From an uncultured Planctomycetota bacterium (lineage in GTDB: Bacteria; Planctomycetota; Planctomycetia; Pirellulales; Lacipirellulaceae), in the NCBI GenBank assembly GCA_963719315.1, contig CAVRBU010000008.1:1-18348 (forward strand): 18,348 nt of DNA, given 5' to 3'. A program made the position numbers and the translations under genes. The notes beneath the pieces were generated by a model, which saw only the letters and a program-made list of their open reading frames with translations, was not told the DNA's origin and searched no databases. This document shows positions 8,312-16,969 of the stretch, one piece after another (within the stretch, counting starts at the first letter, position 1; each line of letters starts with the position of its first letter).

Positions 8312-9932
8312 ATGAATGGTGAGCCCAGTGACATCGACGAGACGGTATTGCCGTTGCAAATGGCCGGCCGGCTCGCGCACATGGCACGCCTTGCGATGTT
8401 GGCCGAAATCAAACGATCGCCGCGGTCGCGCGGAGCAACAGTCCGCCACGACGCTGGCTTGGGGCCGAACGTACCTGACCGCCCACTTCGCGAAACCGGC
8501 CTCCACGATGCATCGATGGCTCGGCGAACAACTCGATTCATTACATATCGAGCGAGGCTCGAAGATCAATCTCATCGGCCCGCGCGGCAGCGCTAAGTCA
8601 ACCATCGCCACATTGTGCTACGTGCTCCGCGTGGCACTCGAAGGCTGGGAACCGTACATCTGGATCGTCTCCGACACGAAGGAGCAAGCGCATATCCACC
8701 TGGATAACGTGAAGATGGAGCTCGTCGACAACGTCCTCTTGAACCGCGATTATTCCGGGGCGGCGGGACAGGGCCGGCATTCGCACGCCAGTTCCATTCA
8801 CTTGGCCAACCGCGTCACGATCGAATCTTACGGCACGGGCCAAAGCATCCGCGGCCGCCGCCGCTCCGCCGACCGACCCACGCTGATCGTGTGTGACGAT
8901 CTACAAAACGATTCGCACATTTCGTCGGGCGGCCAGCGCGAGGCGTCGCGGCAATGGTTCAACGGCACGCTGTTGAATGCCGGCACGAAAAATACCAACA
9001 TCGTCAATCTGGCGACCGCTTTGCATCGCGAGGCGCTGTCCCTCGAGCTGCACCGCACTGCCGGGTGGAATTCAAGGTGTTTTGCCGCCATCGAGTTGTG
9101 GCCAACGAATATCGCGCTCTGGAACGATTGGGAGTCGATCTACTGCGATGCCGACAACCCGAACGCCTAACGCACAGCGCACGAGTTCTACGATCACCAC
9201 CGCTCGCAAATGGACGCGGGGGGCGTCGTTCTCTGGCCAGACGTGGAAGATCTGTACACGCTGATGCAAATGCGCGTCGAAATCGGCAAAACAGCCTTTG
9301 AACGCGAAAAGCAGAGCTCGCCCGTCAATCCGGAATTCTGCGAGTGGCCGGAATCGTATTTCGCCGAGCACATCTGGTTCGATTGCTGGCCGAGCGAGCT
9401 CTCGGTCCGCACGGTCGCGCTCGATCCGAGCAAGGGCCGCGACGCCGGGCGGGGCGACTATTCGGCCTACGTGCTGCTGGGGATCGACGGCCGGGGCGTG
9501 ATATACGTTGAGGCCGACATGGCGCGGCGACCGACGCCGCAAATGGTGGCCGACGGCGTTGCGCTTTGCTTGCGGTTTCGGCCGCATTCGTTCGGCGTCG
9601 AAGCGAATCAGTTTCAGGAGCTGCTCTGCGGCGAATTCGCCACCGAATTCGCTCGGCGGGGCGTCGGCCACATCGTGCCGGCCGCCATCCACAATCATGC
9701 GAACAAACTGGTGCGGATTCGCCGGTTGGGTCCGTACTTGTCGCAACACCGGCTGCGATTTTTGAGCAACTCGCCGTTCACGCGGATGCTCGTGGACCAA
9801 CTCCGCGACTTTCCGGCCGGCGCGCACGACGACGGCCCCGACGCTCTCGAAATGGCCCTCCGCCTCGCGGAAGACGTGTGGAATGGCCGCAGCAGCGACG
9901 ATGGATTGGGGAGTCGACTGGTTATTGGGTGA
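8312..9932 (+). pseudogene. terL: Terminase large subunit, disrupted as sequenced (probable frameshift ~8410-8455; in-frame TAA 9168-9170)
   Basis: Walker A GPRGSAKST, IRGRR...RPTLIVCDD Walker B, nuclease VALDPS, FGVEANQFQ, HDDGPDALEMA. ORFs 8316-9170 and 9210-9932 are in the same frame, separated by one TAA. Confidence 0.85.
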
Positions 9933-9953
9933 TCGCGACAGACAGAAAAAAAG

Positions 9954-10025
9954 ACCACGGAGGCACGGAGAACAAGGAGTGACAAATCCTTGTTTTCCTT
10001 TCCGTGTCCTCCGTGCCTCCGTGGT
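9954..10025. repeat. Nonamer-type inverted repeat (CACGGAGG)
   Basis: ACCACGGAGGCACGGAG ... CTCCGTGCCTCCGTGGT, perfect 17-bp arms, between terL and portal. Confidence 0.85.
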
Positions 10026-10076
10026 GAAATTCTGATTCGCACAATTAAAGACCTACAGATTTGGAGAAACATTTTC

Positions 10077-11474
10077 ATGGCCATCCACGCACCAACGAAC
10101 GGTACGCATCATACACTCGAACACCGCCTGCTCGAGGTCTTCGACGCCCTGTGGGACGATCTCGTCGATCCGCGCGAGGCCTACGCCGATCCAGACGGCG
10201 GCTGGTGGGCGCCGGTGGGGGCGACCGGCGGGGCGTCGCAGCCGGCGAGCGGCGGCGTCAACGAGCAGGTGCTCCGTGAACTGCGCACGCAATGTCGCGG
10301 CCTGGCGGCCACCAATGAATTCGCGATCAACGGCCACGAGAACCGCATCAGCTACATCGTCGGCCCGGGTCACAGTTACCGCGCGGCGATTTGCAAGGGC
10401 ATGGATGCATCGCAGGACGTGGCCATGCAAGTGCAGAAACTGCTCGATCGTTTTCAGGAAGAGAATCGCTGGCAGTTGAGGCAACAGGAAATCGTCCGCC
10501 GCATCGACCGCGACGGCGAAGCGTTTCTGCGCTTCTTCGTCGATACCGACGGTGTCACCCGCATCCGTTTCATTGAGCCGGATCAGATTGCGACGCCGAC
10601 GGCGCTCGCGCATGACCCATCGGCCAACTTTGGCATCCAGACCGATGCGGATGATGTGGAAAACGTGCTCGGCTTTTACGTGGATGGCGAATTCATCGAC
10701 GCACGCGACGTGCAGCATCGCCGGGCGAACGTCGATTTCAACGTCAAACGCGGTCTGCCGCTCTACGCCCCGGTTCGCAAAAATCTGCGGCGGGCCGAGC
10801 GGCTGCTGCGGAACATGAGCGTCGTGGCGGAAATCCAATCGGCCATCGCGCTGATTCGCAAGCATCGGGGCGCGAGCCGCAGCGGCATCGAACAGTTTGT
10901 TGCCGGCGACGCCGATGTCTCGACCACCAGTAGCGCGACGGGTCGCACGCGGCACTATTCGCAGTACGGCCCCGGCACGATCCTCGACGCTCCGGCCGGA
11001 CTGGAGTACGACTTCCCGGCCAGCGGCCTCGATGCTTCCAGCTTTGTCGCCGTGCTGCAGGCGGAGCTGCGTGCCATCGCCGCGCGGCTCGTGATGCCCG
11101 AATTCATGTTCACCTCCGACGCCTCGAACGCGAACTTCGCCTCAACCATGGTGGCCGAAGGCCCGGCCATAAAAATGTTCGAGCGGCTGCAGATGAGCAT
11201 GATCGAACAGGACCGGGCCGTGATGTGGCGCGTCGTGGACAACGCCGTGGCCGCCGGCAAGTTGCCGGGCAACGTCCACGATTTCGTTCACATCCAAGTT
11301 GTGCCACCGTCGCTGCACGTCCGCGATCAATTGCAACAAGCGCAAATCGACCGCATCGCGTTCAACCACGGCGTCCTCTCGCCGCAGACGTGGAGTCAGC
11401 ATCTGGGGCTGGATTACGATCAGGAGCAGAAGAACCTGGCGACGCACGCCGCGGTAGGTGACGTGTATAAGTAA
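10077..11474 (+). CDS. Phage portal protein (lambda-like)
   Basis: Follows terL. LRTQCRGLAATNEFA, RDGEAFLRFF, RFIEPDQI, VKRGLP, DASNANFAS motifs; start at ATG 10077 after GGAGA. Confidence 0.9.
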   Translation: MAIHAPTNGTHHTLEHRLLEVFDALWDDLVDPREAYADPDGGWWAPVGATGGASQPASGGVNEQVLRELRTQCRGLAATNEFAINGHENRISYIVGPGHSYRAAICKGMDASQDVAMQVQKLLDRFQEENRWQLRQQEIVRRIDRDGEAFLRFFVDTDGVTRIRFIEPDQIATPTALAHDPSANFGIQTDADDVENVLGFYVDGEFIDARDVQHRRANVDFNVKRGLPLYAPVRKNLRRAERLLRNMSVVAEIQSAIALIRKHRGASRSGIEQFVAGDADVSTTSSATGRTRHYSQYGPGTILDAPAGLEYDFPASGLDASSFVAVLQAELRAIAARLVMPEFMFTSDASNANFASTMVAEGPAIKMFERLQMSMIEQDRAVMWRVVDNAVAAGKLPGNVHDFVHIQVVPPSLHVRDQLQQAQIDRIAFNHGVLSPQTWSQHLGLDYDQEQKNLATHAAVGDVYK

Positions 11475-11508
11475 GATGGGTTCTCGCTGCGCGACGAACC
11501 CATCCTAC
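11471..11508. repeat. GTAG-type REP hairpin
   Basis: GTAAGATGGGTTC-N12-GAACCCATCCTAC overlapping the portal stop codon. Confidence 0.7.
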
Positions 11509-11723
11509 GCGCCTGTGACAGCCGTCTGCTGCATCAGCAGCAATGGCATGGCTGTGCGCGGCAGCTGAATTCTTTCATTGACGATTTAGAGTTCGAGTCC
11601 GTAAGTGACTAACGATGTACCGACGGTGAATTGCAGTCTGGTACGGCCGCTTTAGTTCTTTGACAACTTGAATAGCCCGGCGGAAGTAGCGAGCCGTCGG
11701 GTGTTGTGTCGAGTCGCGTCAGA

Positions 11724-12680
11724 TCAAATTTCGGGGAGGGAGGTCAGTATTTCGGTTGATGCGACGGATGGCACATAGATTCGGCGTAAGCGATTGCTGG
11801 AACGTTTTCTTCTCCGACATGGCAGTACACCCAGCGCACCGAGCGCTGTCAGGATGATCGTGGACGGTTCTGGAACAATAATTAAGTTCAGTTTCCAGCT
11901 ATAAAAAAGTACTCGCACGTCAATAGGGTCTTGGTTGAGAAGTGTCCCGACTACACGGTTTCCCGATCTTTGCAATTCCGTTCCGAAGACATTGAGAACA
12001 CCACCATCTAAGATCAGGTATTCGGTAATATTCCCGCCGAATAGGTTGGTCGTGCCGTTATCTACTGCTGTCAAGCGTCGCACGTTGCCGTCATAAAACA
12101 GCATGACGCCCAACTCGCGAGAGCTGGCGGTGAAGTACGTTCCGCCGAAGACCTCAACGACGCTGAATTCGTGCGCTGATACATGAGAGATGTCTCCCGC
12201 CAAGACCGTTCCCCTTGTCGAGTCATAGTAATTGAGGTGAGAGATTTCGCCTCCGGATATTAATAGCACACTGCTCTCATAAGCGTTTACGTGCGCAAGC
12301 TCTCCTGCCGAAATGGTGCCCGTAGCCGAATCATATAAGTCAACGTAACTGACTGCTCCTCCCGAAACGTTGAGGCGGCTTGAGTCGTAGAAATTAGACC
12401 GAGCGACGCCCCCCCCTGAAATATTGAGGCGGCTTGTGTCATACACGTTCGCACTCCCAATGTCAGCACCGTGAACTACATTCACCGTTGTAGGCGACTC
12501 TCCTTCCCCATCCAACACCCGAACAAGCGGATCGAAAGAATCTAAAGTATGCTCACCGCCGTCATTGAATACAGCGGCGAATCCACTTGATGCGGTAACT
12601 AGGACGAACGACATGCAGACTAGGCCAATCACCACCGACCAGCCGATGCGGAGAGACCGAATTACGCGGGCGCGATTCAT
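11724..12680 (-). CDS. PEP-CTERM sorting domain protein with ~10-aa beta-helix-like repeats
   Basis: N-terminal hydrophobic signal; repeats such as NVYDTSRLNISGG, NFYDSSRLNVSGG; C-terminal VPEPSTIILTALGALGVLPCRRRKR. Confidence 0.9.
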   Translation of the reverse strand: MNRARVIRSLRIGWSVVIGLVCMSFVLVTASSGFAAVFNDGGEHTLDSFDPLVRVLDGEGESPTTVNVVHGADIGSANVYDTSRLNISGGGVARSNFYDSSRLNVSGGAVSYVDLYDSATGTISAGELAHVNAYESSVLLISGGEISHLNYYDSTRGTVLAGDISHVSAHEFSVVEVFGGTYFTASSRELGVMLFYDGNVRRLTAVDNGTTNLFGGNITEYLILDGGVLNVFGTELQRSGNRVVGTLLNQDPIDVRVLFYSWKLNLIIVPEPSTIILTALGALGVLPCRRRKRSSNRLRRIYVPSVASTEILTSLPEI

Positions 12681-12686
12681 AGCCGC

Positions 12687-12695
12687 AGTATAGCA
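12687..12695 (-). promoter_or_regulatory. Extended -10, leaderless promoter of PEP-CTERM gene
   Basis: TGCTATACT on the minus strand, 6 nt before ATG 12680; no SD. Confidence 0.55.
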
Positions 12696-13005
12696 GAACC
12701 GATCAAAAAACAGGGCGCATCAACCATCGCCCCGACCCGTCCGCGCAATTCCTAGGGCATCCGGTGCAATGTTCGTTGCGAATTTCGACTGATTTGAGAC
12801 GCGGCGGTGAAAGCCGACGCTGCGCCGTGATGCCGGGCAATCTAAATATCAAGGCCCCCTGTCCCGATTGCTAATACGTCCACGCACCTGCAACGGTTCT
12901 GCTCCTCGGCCTCGTCACGCGGATAATCGAGCTACAGGAATCCCTTATATCTTTGGCTGGTTCGGTGGGTGGCCAAAAATCGAATCTAGTATTTTTTTGT
13001 ACACC

Positions 13006-13014
13006 TGCTATAGT
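13006..13014 (+). promoter_or_regulatory. Extended -10, leaderless promoter of head operon
   Basis: TGCTATAGT 6 nt before ATG 13021; no SD. Confidence 0.55.
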
Positions 13015-13020
13015 GACGCC

Positions 13021-13206
13021 ATGATTCAAACACACGTGCAAACAACGTCGCACATGAACAAGATCGGGCAGGTCGAGGCGGCGCTCGCAAAATTGCTCGC
13101 CGATTCGTCCCAGCGCGGTTTTTACGGCGAAGCGGGAATCAAACTGAGCGTGCAGGATGGAGTGATCCAACACATTCGCGTGGCGCTGGAGAGGATGATT
13201 AAATAG
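13021..13206 (+). CDS. Small protein, DUF2292/YezD-like
   Basis: 61 aa; helix followed by GFYGEAGIKLSVQDGVIQHIRV, resembling the (F/Y)G.V.I.V.DG.(V/I)..I pattern of DUF2292. Confidence 0.6.
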   Translation: MIQTHVQTTSHMNKIGQVEAALAKLLADSSQRGFYGEAGIKLSVQDGVIQHIRVALERMIK

Positions 13207-13354
13207 TAGCACGGACTTAAGTCCGTGCCACGAAAAACGGTATCGTACCGAGTTCGCCGCGGCGAATATCGAGTCGAGCCCATCGGAAAGTCAACCGGCT
13301 TTCGGATGGGCTTTTTTTGTTGGGCTATGTAACACGGACTAAAGTCCGTGCCAC
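13206..13354. repeat. Two 26-bp palindromic REP-like direct repeats flanking leader copy 2
   Basis: GTAGCACGGACTTAAGTCCGTGCCAC (13206-13231) and GTAACACGGACTAAAGTCCGTGCCAC (13329-13354), 2 mismatches. Confidence 0.85.
13235..13318 (+). promoter_or_regulatory. Structured leader/attenuator, copy 2
   Basis: AAACGGTATC, hairpin TTCGCC-GC-GGCGAA, TATC, then terminator GAGCCCATCGGAAAGTC-AACC-GGCTTTCGGATGGGCT-TTTTTT upstream of the protease gene. Confidence 0.7.
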
Positions 13355-13375
13355 CTACAGTATAAGGAGCAACGC

Positions 13376-14395
13376 ATGTCCGAACTCCTGCAAGAATTCG
13401 TCGATTCGGGGAGTCAACGTCTACGCGTCGATCGCGAGGCGGGCGTCATCCGCGGTGTCAAGTTGCTGGGTCTCAGTTCGCGCAATGGTCGGCGTTACCG
13501 CGAAAACGCGCTGATCGAAGCCATCGGCATGTATGAGGGGGCCAAGGTCAATATCAACCACCCCAAGGGCCATCCGCTCGCGCCGCGCGATTATCAGGAT
13601 CGATTGGGCGTGGTGCGCGGCGTGCAGTTTCGCGGCGGCGAAGGGCTGTTTGGCGATCTGCACTTCAACCCGCGGCACGCGCTCTCGGAGCAGCTCGTGT
13701 GGGACGCGGAGCACGCTCCGCAGAACGTTGGCATGTCGCACAACGTGCTGGCCCGCACCAAGCAAGCCGGCGACGAGACGGTCGTCGAAGCGATTACCAA
13801 GGTGCAAAGCATCGACCTAGTGGCCGATCCCGCGACGACCAGCGGATTGTATGAGCAGGTGGAGGGGAGTCGAGAGCTTAGAGACAAGAGTCAAGAGCCA
13901 GAGAATGGCAACTCTCGTCCGGCTCTTGACTCTCAGCCCTCGACTCTTGACTCATTGACGCTCGAACATCTGCGCCTGCATCGGCCTGATTTGGTCCGCG
14001 AAATCGAGAGGTACTGCGATGAGGAATTGAAAGCGGCGCAGTGCCAGTTGGAAGAAGCGATCGCTCGGGAAGCGGCTACACGGCGGCGCGAGCGGGTGTT
14101 GGAGTTGCTGCAAGAGCACGATCTGCCGCTGCCGGCGAAGAACGGTGCCGCCGACTCGCACGTCGTTAGCCCGCGATTCATCGAGACGTTGATGCAAGCG
14201 GTCGACGACGAGAGCCTGCGCCAACTCGTCGAAGAGCGGGCCGCACTCTTGCGATCGGCCTCTCAGTGGACCAACGGTCGGCCGGCCGGCGAGCGCCGGC
14301 CGAAGTCGAAGGACCAACTGGCGATTGCCTTCGGCTCGGGCGTATCGCCGATTCGCTCGGCCGCCGAATTCGCCGCGTCCGTTCGCGGCGTGTGA
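13376..14395 (+). CDS. Prohead maturation protease/scaffold
   Basis: GVIRGVKLLG..SRNGRRY, NINHP, VGMSH, SIDLVADPA, then a helical scaffold-like C-terminus; AAGGAG RBS; position between portal and capsid. Confidence 0.8.
   Translation: MSELLQEFVDSGSQRLRVDREAGVIRGVKLLGLSSRNGRRYRENALIEAIGMYEGAKVNINHPKGHPLAPRDYQDRLGVVRGVQFRGGEGLFGDLHFNPRHALSEQLVWDAEHAPQNVGMSHNVLARTKQAGDETVVEAITKVQSIDLVADPATTSGLYEQVEGSRELRDKSQEPENGNSRPALDSQPSTLDSLTLEHLRLHRPDLVREIERYCDEELKAAQCQLEEAIAREAATRRRERVLELLQEHDLPLPAKNGAADSHVVSPRFIETLMQAVDDESLRQLVEERAALLRSASQWTNGRPAGERRPKSKDQLAIAFGSGVSPIRSAAEFAASVRGV
13867..13953. repeat. 87-bp heptamer (TCRAGAG) inverted repeat inside the protease CDS
   Basis: GAGTCGAGAG...GAGTCAAGAGCC / GGCTCTTGACTC...CTCTTGACTC; related copy intergenic at 16284-16336. 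Confidence 0.8.
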
Positions 14396-14402
14396 TCGGA
14401 TC

Positions 14403-14457
14403 GTAGGACGGACTTCAGTCCGTCTTACTTAACTCGACGGACTGAAGTCCGTCCTAC
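14403..14457. repeat. GTAG-family REP doublet (BIME-like)
   Basis: GTAGGACGGACTTCAGTCCGTC and its exact reverse complement GACGGACTGAAGTCCGTCCTAC, 11 nt apart. Confidence 0.9.
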
Positions 14458-14480
14458 TTTACACTCAGGAGACTTGTTTC

Positions 14481-14954
14481 ATGGCAAACACAATGCGATG
14501 GCGTTACGGCGACACGAGCCCGGTGTTGTTGCCGGTCGATTCCGCGACCGTCATTGAAATCGGGGACATGTTGTTTCTCGATACGGATGATGCCAAGCCG
14601 GCCTCGTCCCAAGTCGACCAAGGGACCGAGAACTCGAATCAACAGTTGTTTCACGACCTTTTTGCCGGCGTCGCCATGCAGGCTTCGCGGAGCGGAGATA
14701 CGCAGCCGATTCGCGTCGCCACAACCGGTGTGTTCGAATTCGATTGCCTTAGCACGACGCTCGAAGTCGGCGACATGCTGTGTTCGGATGAAAACGCCGG
14801 CGGCACGGCTCTCTTGAATCAAACCGTGGCCAAGGTGACCAACGCCAACGCGGCCGTCGGTCGGTGTGCAAAGCGGCTTAACCCCGCGGGCACACGCGTG
14901 CTGGTTGATATCGTCAGCGCCGTGCTCAAGGGCGGGCCGCAGGCCGTGTTGTAA
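14481..14954 (+). CDS. Head decoration / capsid cement protein
   Basis: 157 aa between scaffold and capsid; VIEIGDML, FAGVAM, IRVATTGVFEF, AVGR; AGGAG RBS. Confidence 0.7.
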   Translation: MANTMRWRYGDTSPVLLPVDSATVIEIGDMLFLDTDDAKPASSQVDQGTENSNQQLFHDLFAGVAMQASRSGDTQPIRVATTGVFEFDCLSTTLEVGDMLCSDENAGGTALLNQTVAKVTNANAAVGRCAKRLNPAGTRVLVDIVSAVLKGGPQAVL

Positions 14955-14957
14955 GAG

Positions 14958-15037
14958 AGGTGTCAGGTGTCGGGTGTCGGGTGTCAGAACTCGATCTCGC
15001 CGCCTTCCTGACACCTGAGACCCGAAACCCGACACCT
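14958..15037. repeat. Heptamer inverted repeat (GGTGTCR)n/(YGACACC)n
   Basis: AGGTGTCAGGTGTCGGGTGTCGGGTGTCAG ... CTGACACCTGAGACCCGAAACCCGACACCT. Confidence 0.85.
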
Positions 15038-15083
15038 TGCCCCATCAACAACCTTAACCACACATAACAGGAGCAATCACCCG

Positions 15084-16242
15084 ATGACTCTAAAATACCG
15101 CGAATTGAAGCGCCGCTACGATCTGGACGGCGCCGAACAAACTGTCACGCATCTCTCGGAGGCGCTCCGCGAGGGGCATTTGAAGCCTGAGGACTTTAGC
15201 ATCCGCGACCTGGCCGAAGCGATCGTGCCCGATGGCCGCGAATGGGTGCGGCTGCTCGACCCGCGAAGCGGGCGGCGTGAGCGTGCTGGAATCAGGCGGC
15301 GCAGTCGATGTGACAGCCTTCCTTAACATCGCGGGCCAGGTGATCTACTCGAAGATCATGGAGGCCTACCTCCAGGAAGCGTTCGTCGTATCGAAGCTGG
15401 TGGAGACGATCCCCACGCGGCTCGACGGCGAGAAGATCCCCGGCATCTCCCGTGTGGCCGACACGATCGACGAAGTCGGTCCCGGCATGCCCTATCCGCA
15501 CCTTGGCTTCGGCGAGGACTACATCGAGACGCCCTCGACGACCAAGCGCGGCTTCATCGTGCCCGTGACGAAGGAAGCGATCTTCTTCGACCGCACGCAC
15601 CTCGTGCTGAGTCGTGCGGCCGAGGTCGGCGAAGTGCTGGGCCTCAACAAGGAGAAGCGGTTGATCGATCTCGTGATCGGCGCGACCAACAACTACAAGT
15701 GGAAGGGTACGACTTACAACACGTACCAAATCAGCACGCCTTGGATCAATTCGTTGGCCACGAACGAGCTGGTGGATTGGACGAACGTCGATAAGGCCGA
15801 GCAGTTGTTCGCCGACATCCTCGATCCCAACACGGGCGAGCCGGTGCTGGTGCGCGGCACGACGGTGCTCGTCACACCGGCCTACCGCCACGCGGCACAC
15901 CGCGTGTTCGCGGCGGCAGAGTTGACGTTCACCGCGGCCGGTTCGACGACGGCGACGGTCGCGGCGAACCCGCTCACCGGCTATCGCGTGTTCGACAGCC
16001 GGCTGGCGTATCGGCGGATCATCGCGTCGGGCATCGCCGCGGCGACGGCCAAGAAGTATTGGTTCGTCGGCGATTTCCGCCGGGCGTTCGCCTACATGGA
16101 AAACTGGCCGATCACCGTCACGCAGGCGCCGGTCGGCAGCGAGGCCGAGTTCAACAACGACATCGTGCTGCGGTTCAAAGCCAGCGAACGCGGCGCGGCA
16201 GCGGTGCTCAATCCGCGGTACGTGGTGAAGAACACGGGTTGA
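15084..16242 (+). CDS. Major capsid protein (HK97 fold), apparent frameshift near 15270
   Basis: ATG 15084 with AGGAG RBS reads to LLDPRS; continues in +1 frame GGVSVLESGGAVDVTAF...EVGPGMPYP...KRGFIVPVTKEAIFFD...WFVGDF...RFKASERGAAAVLNPRYVVK. Confidence 0.85.
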
Positions 16243-16283
16243 TCATAAAGCCGCGACCGCTGGTCGCGCGAGAAAGTCGTCGA

Positions 16284-16336
16284 GAGTCGAGGGCTGAGGG
16301 TCGAGGGCCGGAGAGATTTGGCTCTCGGCTCTTGGC
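16284..16336. repeat. Heptamer (TCGAGRG) inverted repeat
   Basis: GAGTCGAGGGCTGAGGGTCGAGGGCCGGAG...GGCTCTCGGCTCTTGGC, close to the reverse complement of 13919-13946. Confidence 0.7.
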
Positions 16337-16355
16337 CGGGGGCGAGGCCGGGGCG

Positions 16356-16760
16356 ATGCAAGAAGCCGCACTCAATCGCGGTACGTCTGATAAACGCGGC
16401 GCTATTGTGGTGGCAGCCCGCTTATTGGACCGACGGTGTTCAACATTGTCGCCGTACGCCATTCGCTCCATTGATTACTCACTTTACGAGGTTGATGTGG
16501 ATGGCGCTTGCGGCGTGCGGCCTGTCGCAGGGTTCGATCGCACTACGCTTGACGTGGATGATGTAATGTTCGCCGAACTTCAGAACGAAGCATGGGCCGT
16601 TGATGACGTGGGGTACAACTTCCGCCACAAAATCGCGCTGGCCAGAACGAATGACACGTTTGCCTGGAGCGGAACGCGTTACGAAATACGATATGTATTC
16701 ACGCACCAGACCGGGGAAGCGACGGTAGTTTGCTTCCGCATTAGGAGAGTGAGTTTATGA
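16356..16760 (+). CDS. Hypothetical protein (probable virion component)
   Basis: ATG 16356 after GGCGAGG; beta-rich LQNEAWAVDDVGYNFRH...RYEIRYVF; ATGA overlap with next gene. Confidence 0.55.
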   Translation: MQEAALNRGTSDKRGAIVVAARLLDRRCSTLSPYAIRSIDYSLYEVDVDGACGVRPVAGFDRTTLDVDDVMFAELQNEAWAVDDVGYNFRHKIALARTNDTFAWSGTRYEIRYVFTHQTGEATVVCFRIRRVSL

Positions 16761-16969
16761 CCGATATTGAGCAGATTCAATCGATCCGCAGCCAGACGCT
16801 GGCCCAGCTCGACGCGTTGCGGGCTGCCCCGAAGCCGACGTATTGGATCGACGGCCAACGCGTACACTGGCAGGAGTACGCCGATTCACTCCAGCGGACG
16901 GTCGACTGGTGCGATCAAAAGTTGTCCGACTATGAGCCATTCGAAGTGCGCTCGCAGGGGATGACTTAG
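16757..16969 (+). CDS. Head completion protein, lambda gpW-like
   Basis: 70 aa helix-hairpin-helix: QTLAQLDAL...PTYWIDGQRVHWQEYADSL; downstream of capsid. Confidence 0.7.
   Translation: MTDIEQIQSIRSQTLAQLDALRAAPKPTYWIDGQRVHWQEYADSLQRTVDWCDQKLSDYEPFEVRSQGMT

Noticed and set aside
9168..9170. Alternative genetic code (TAA reassigned)
   Set aside because: TAA ends several neighbouring genes normally (amidase, portal, decoration); a single case is insufficient.
570..11638. 14-bp match GGTGAATTGCAGTC at 570-583 and 11625-11638 as att sites
   Set aside because: Unrelated to the tRNA 3' end, does not bound a coherent module, and one copy is part of a terminator stem; likely chance.
13206..13354. 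Two 26-bp palindromic direct repeats as a mini CRISPR array
   Set aside because: Only two units, 97-bp spacer, no cas genes, and they resemble the GTAG REP doublet at 14403-14457.
9072..15900. Long antisense ORFs (e.g. 9072-9827, 10053-10955, 15292-15900)
   Set aside because: Mirror frames of high-GC genes with clear products on the + strand.
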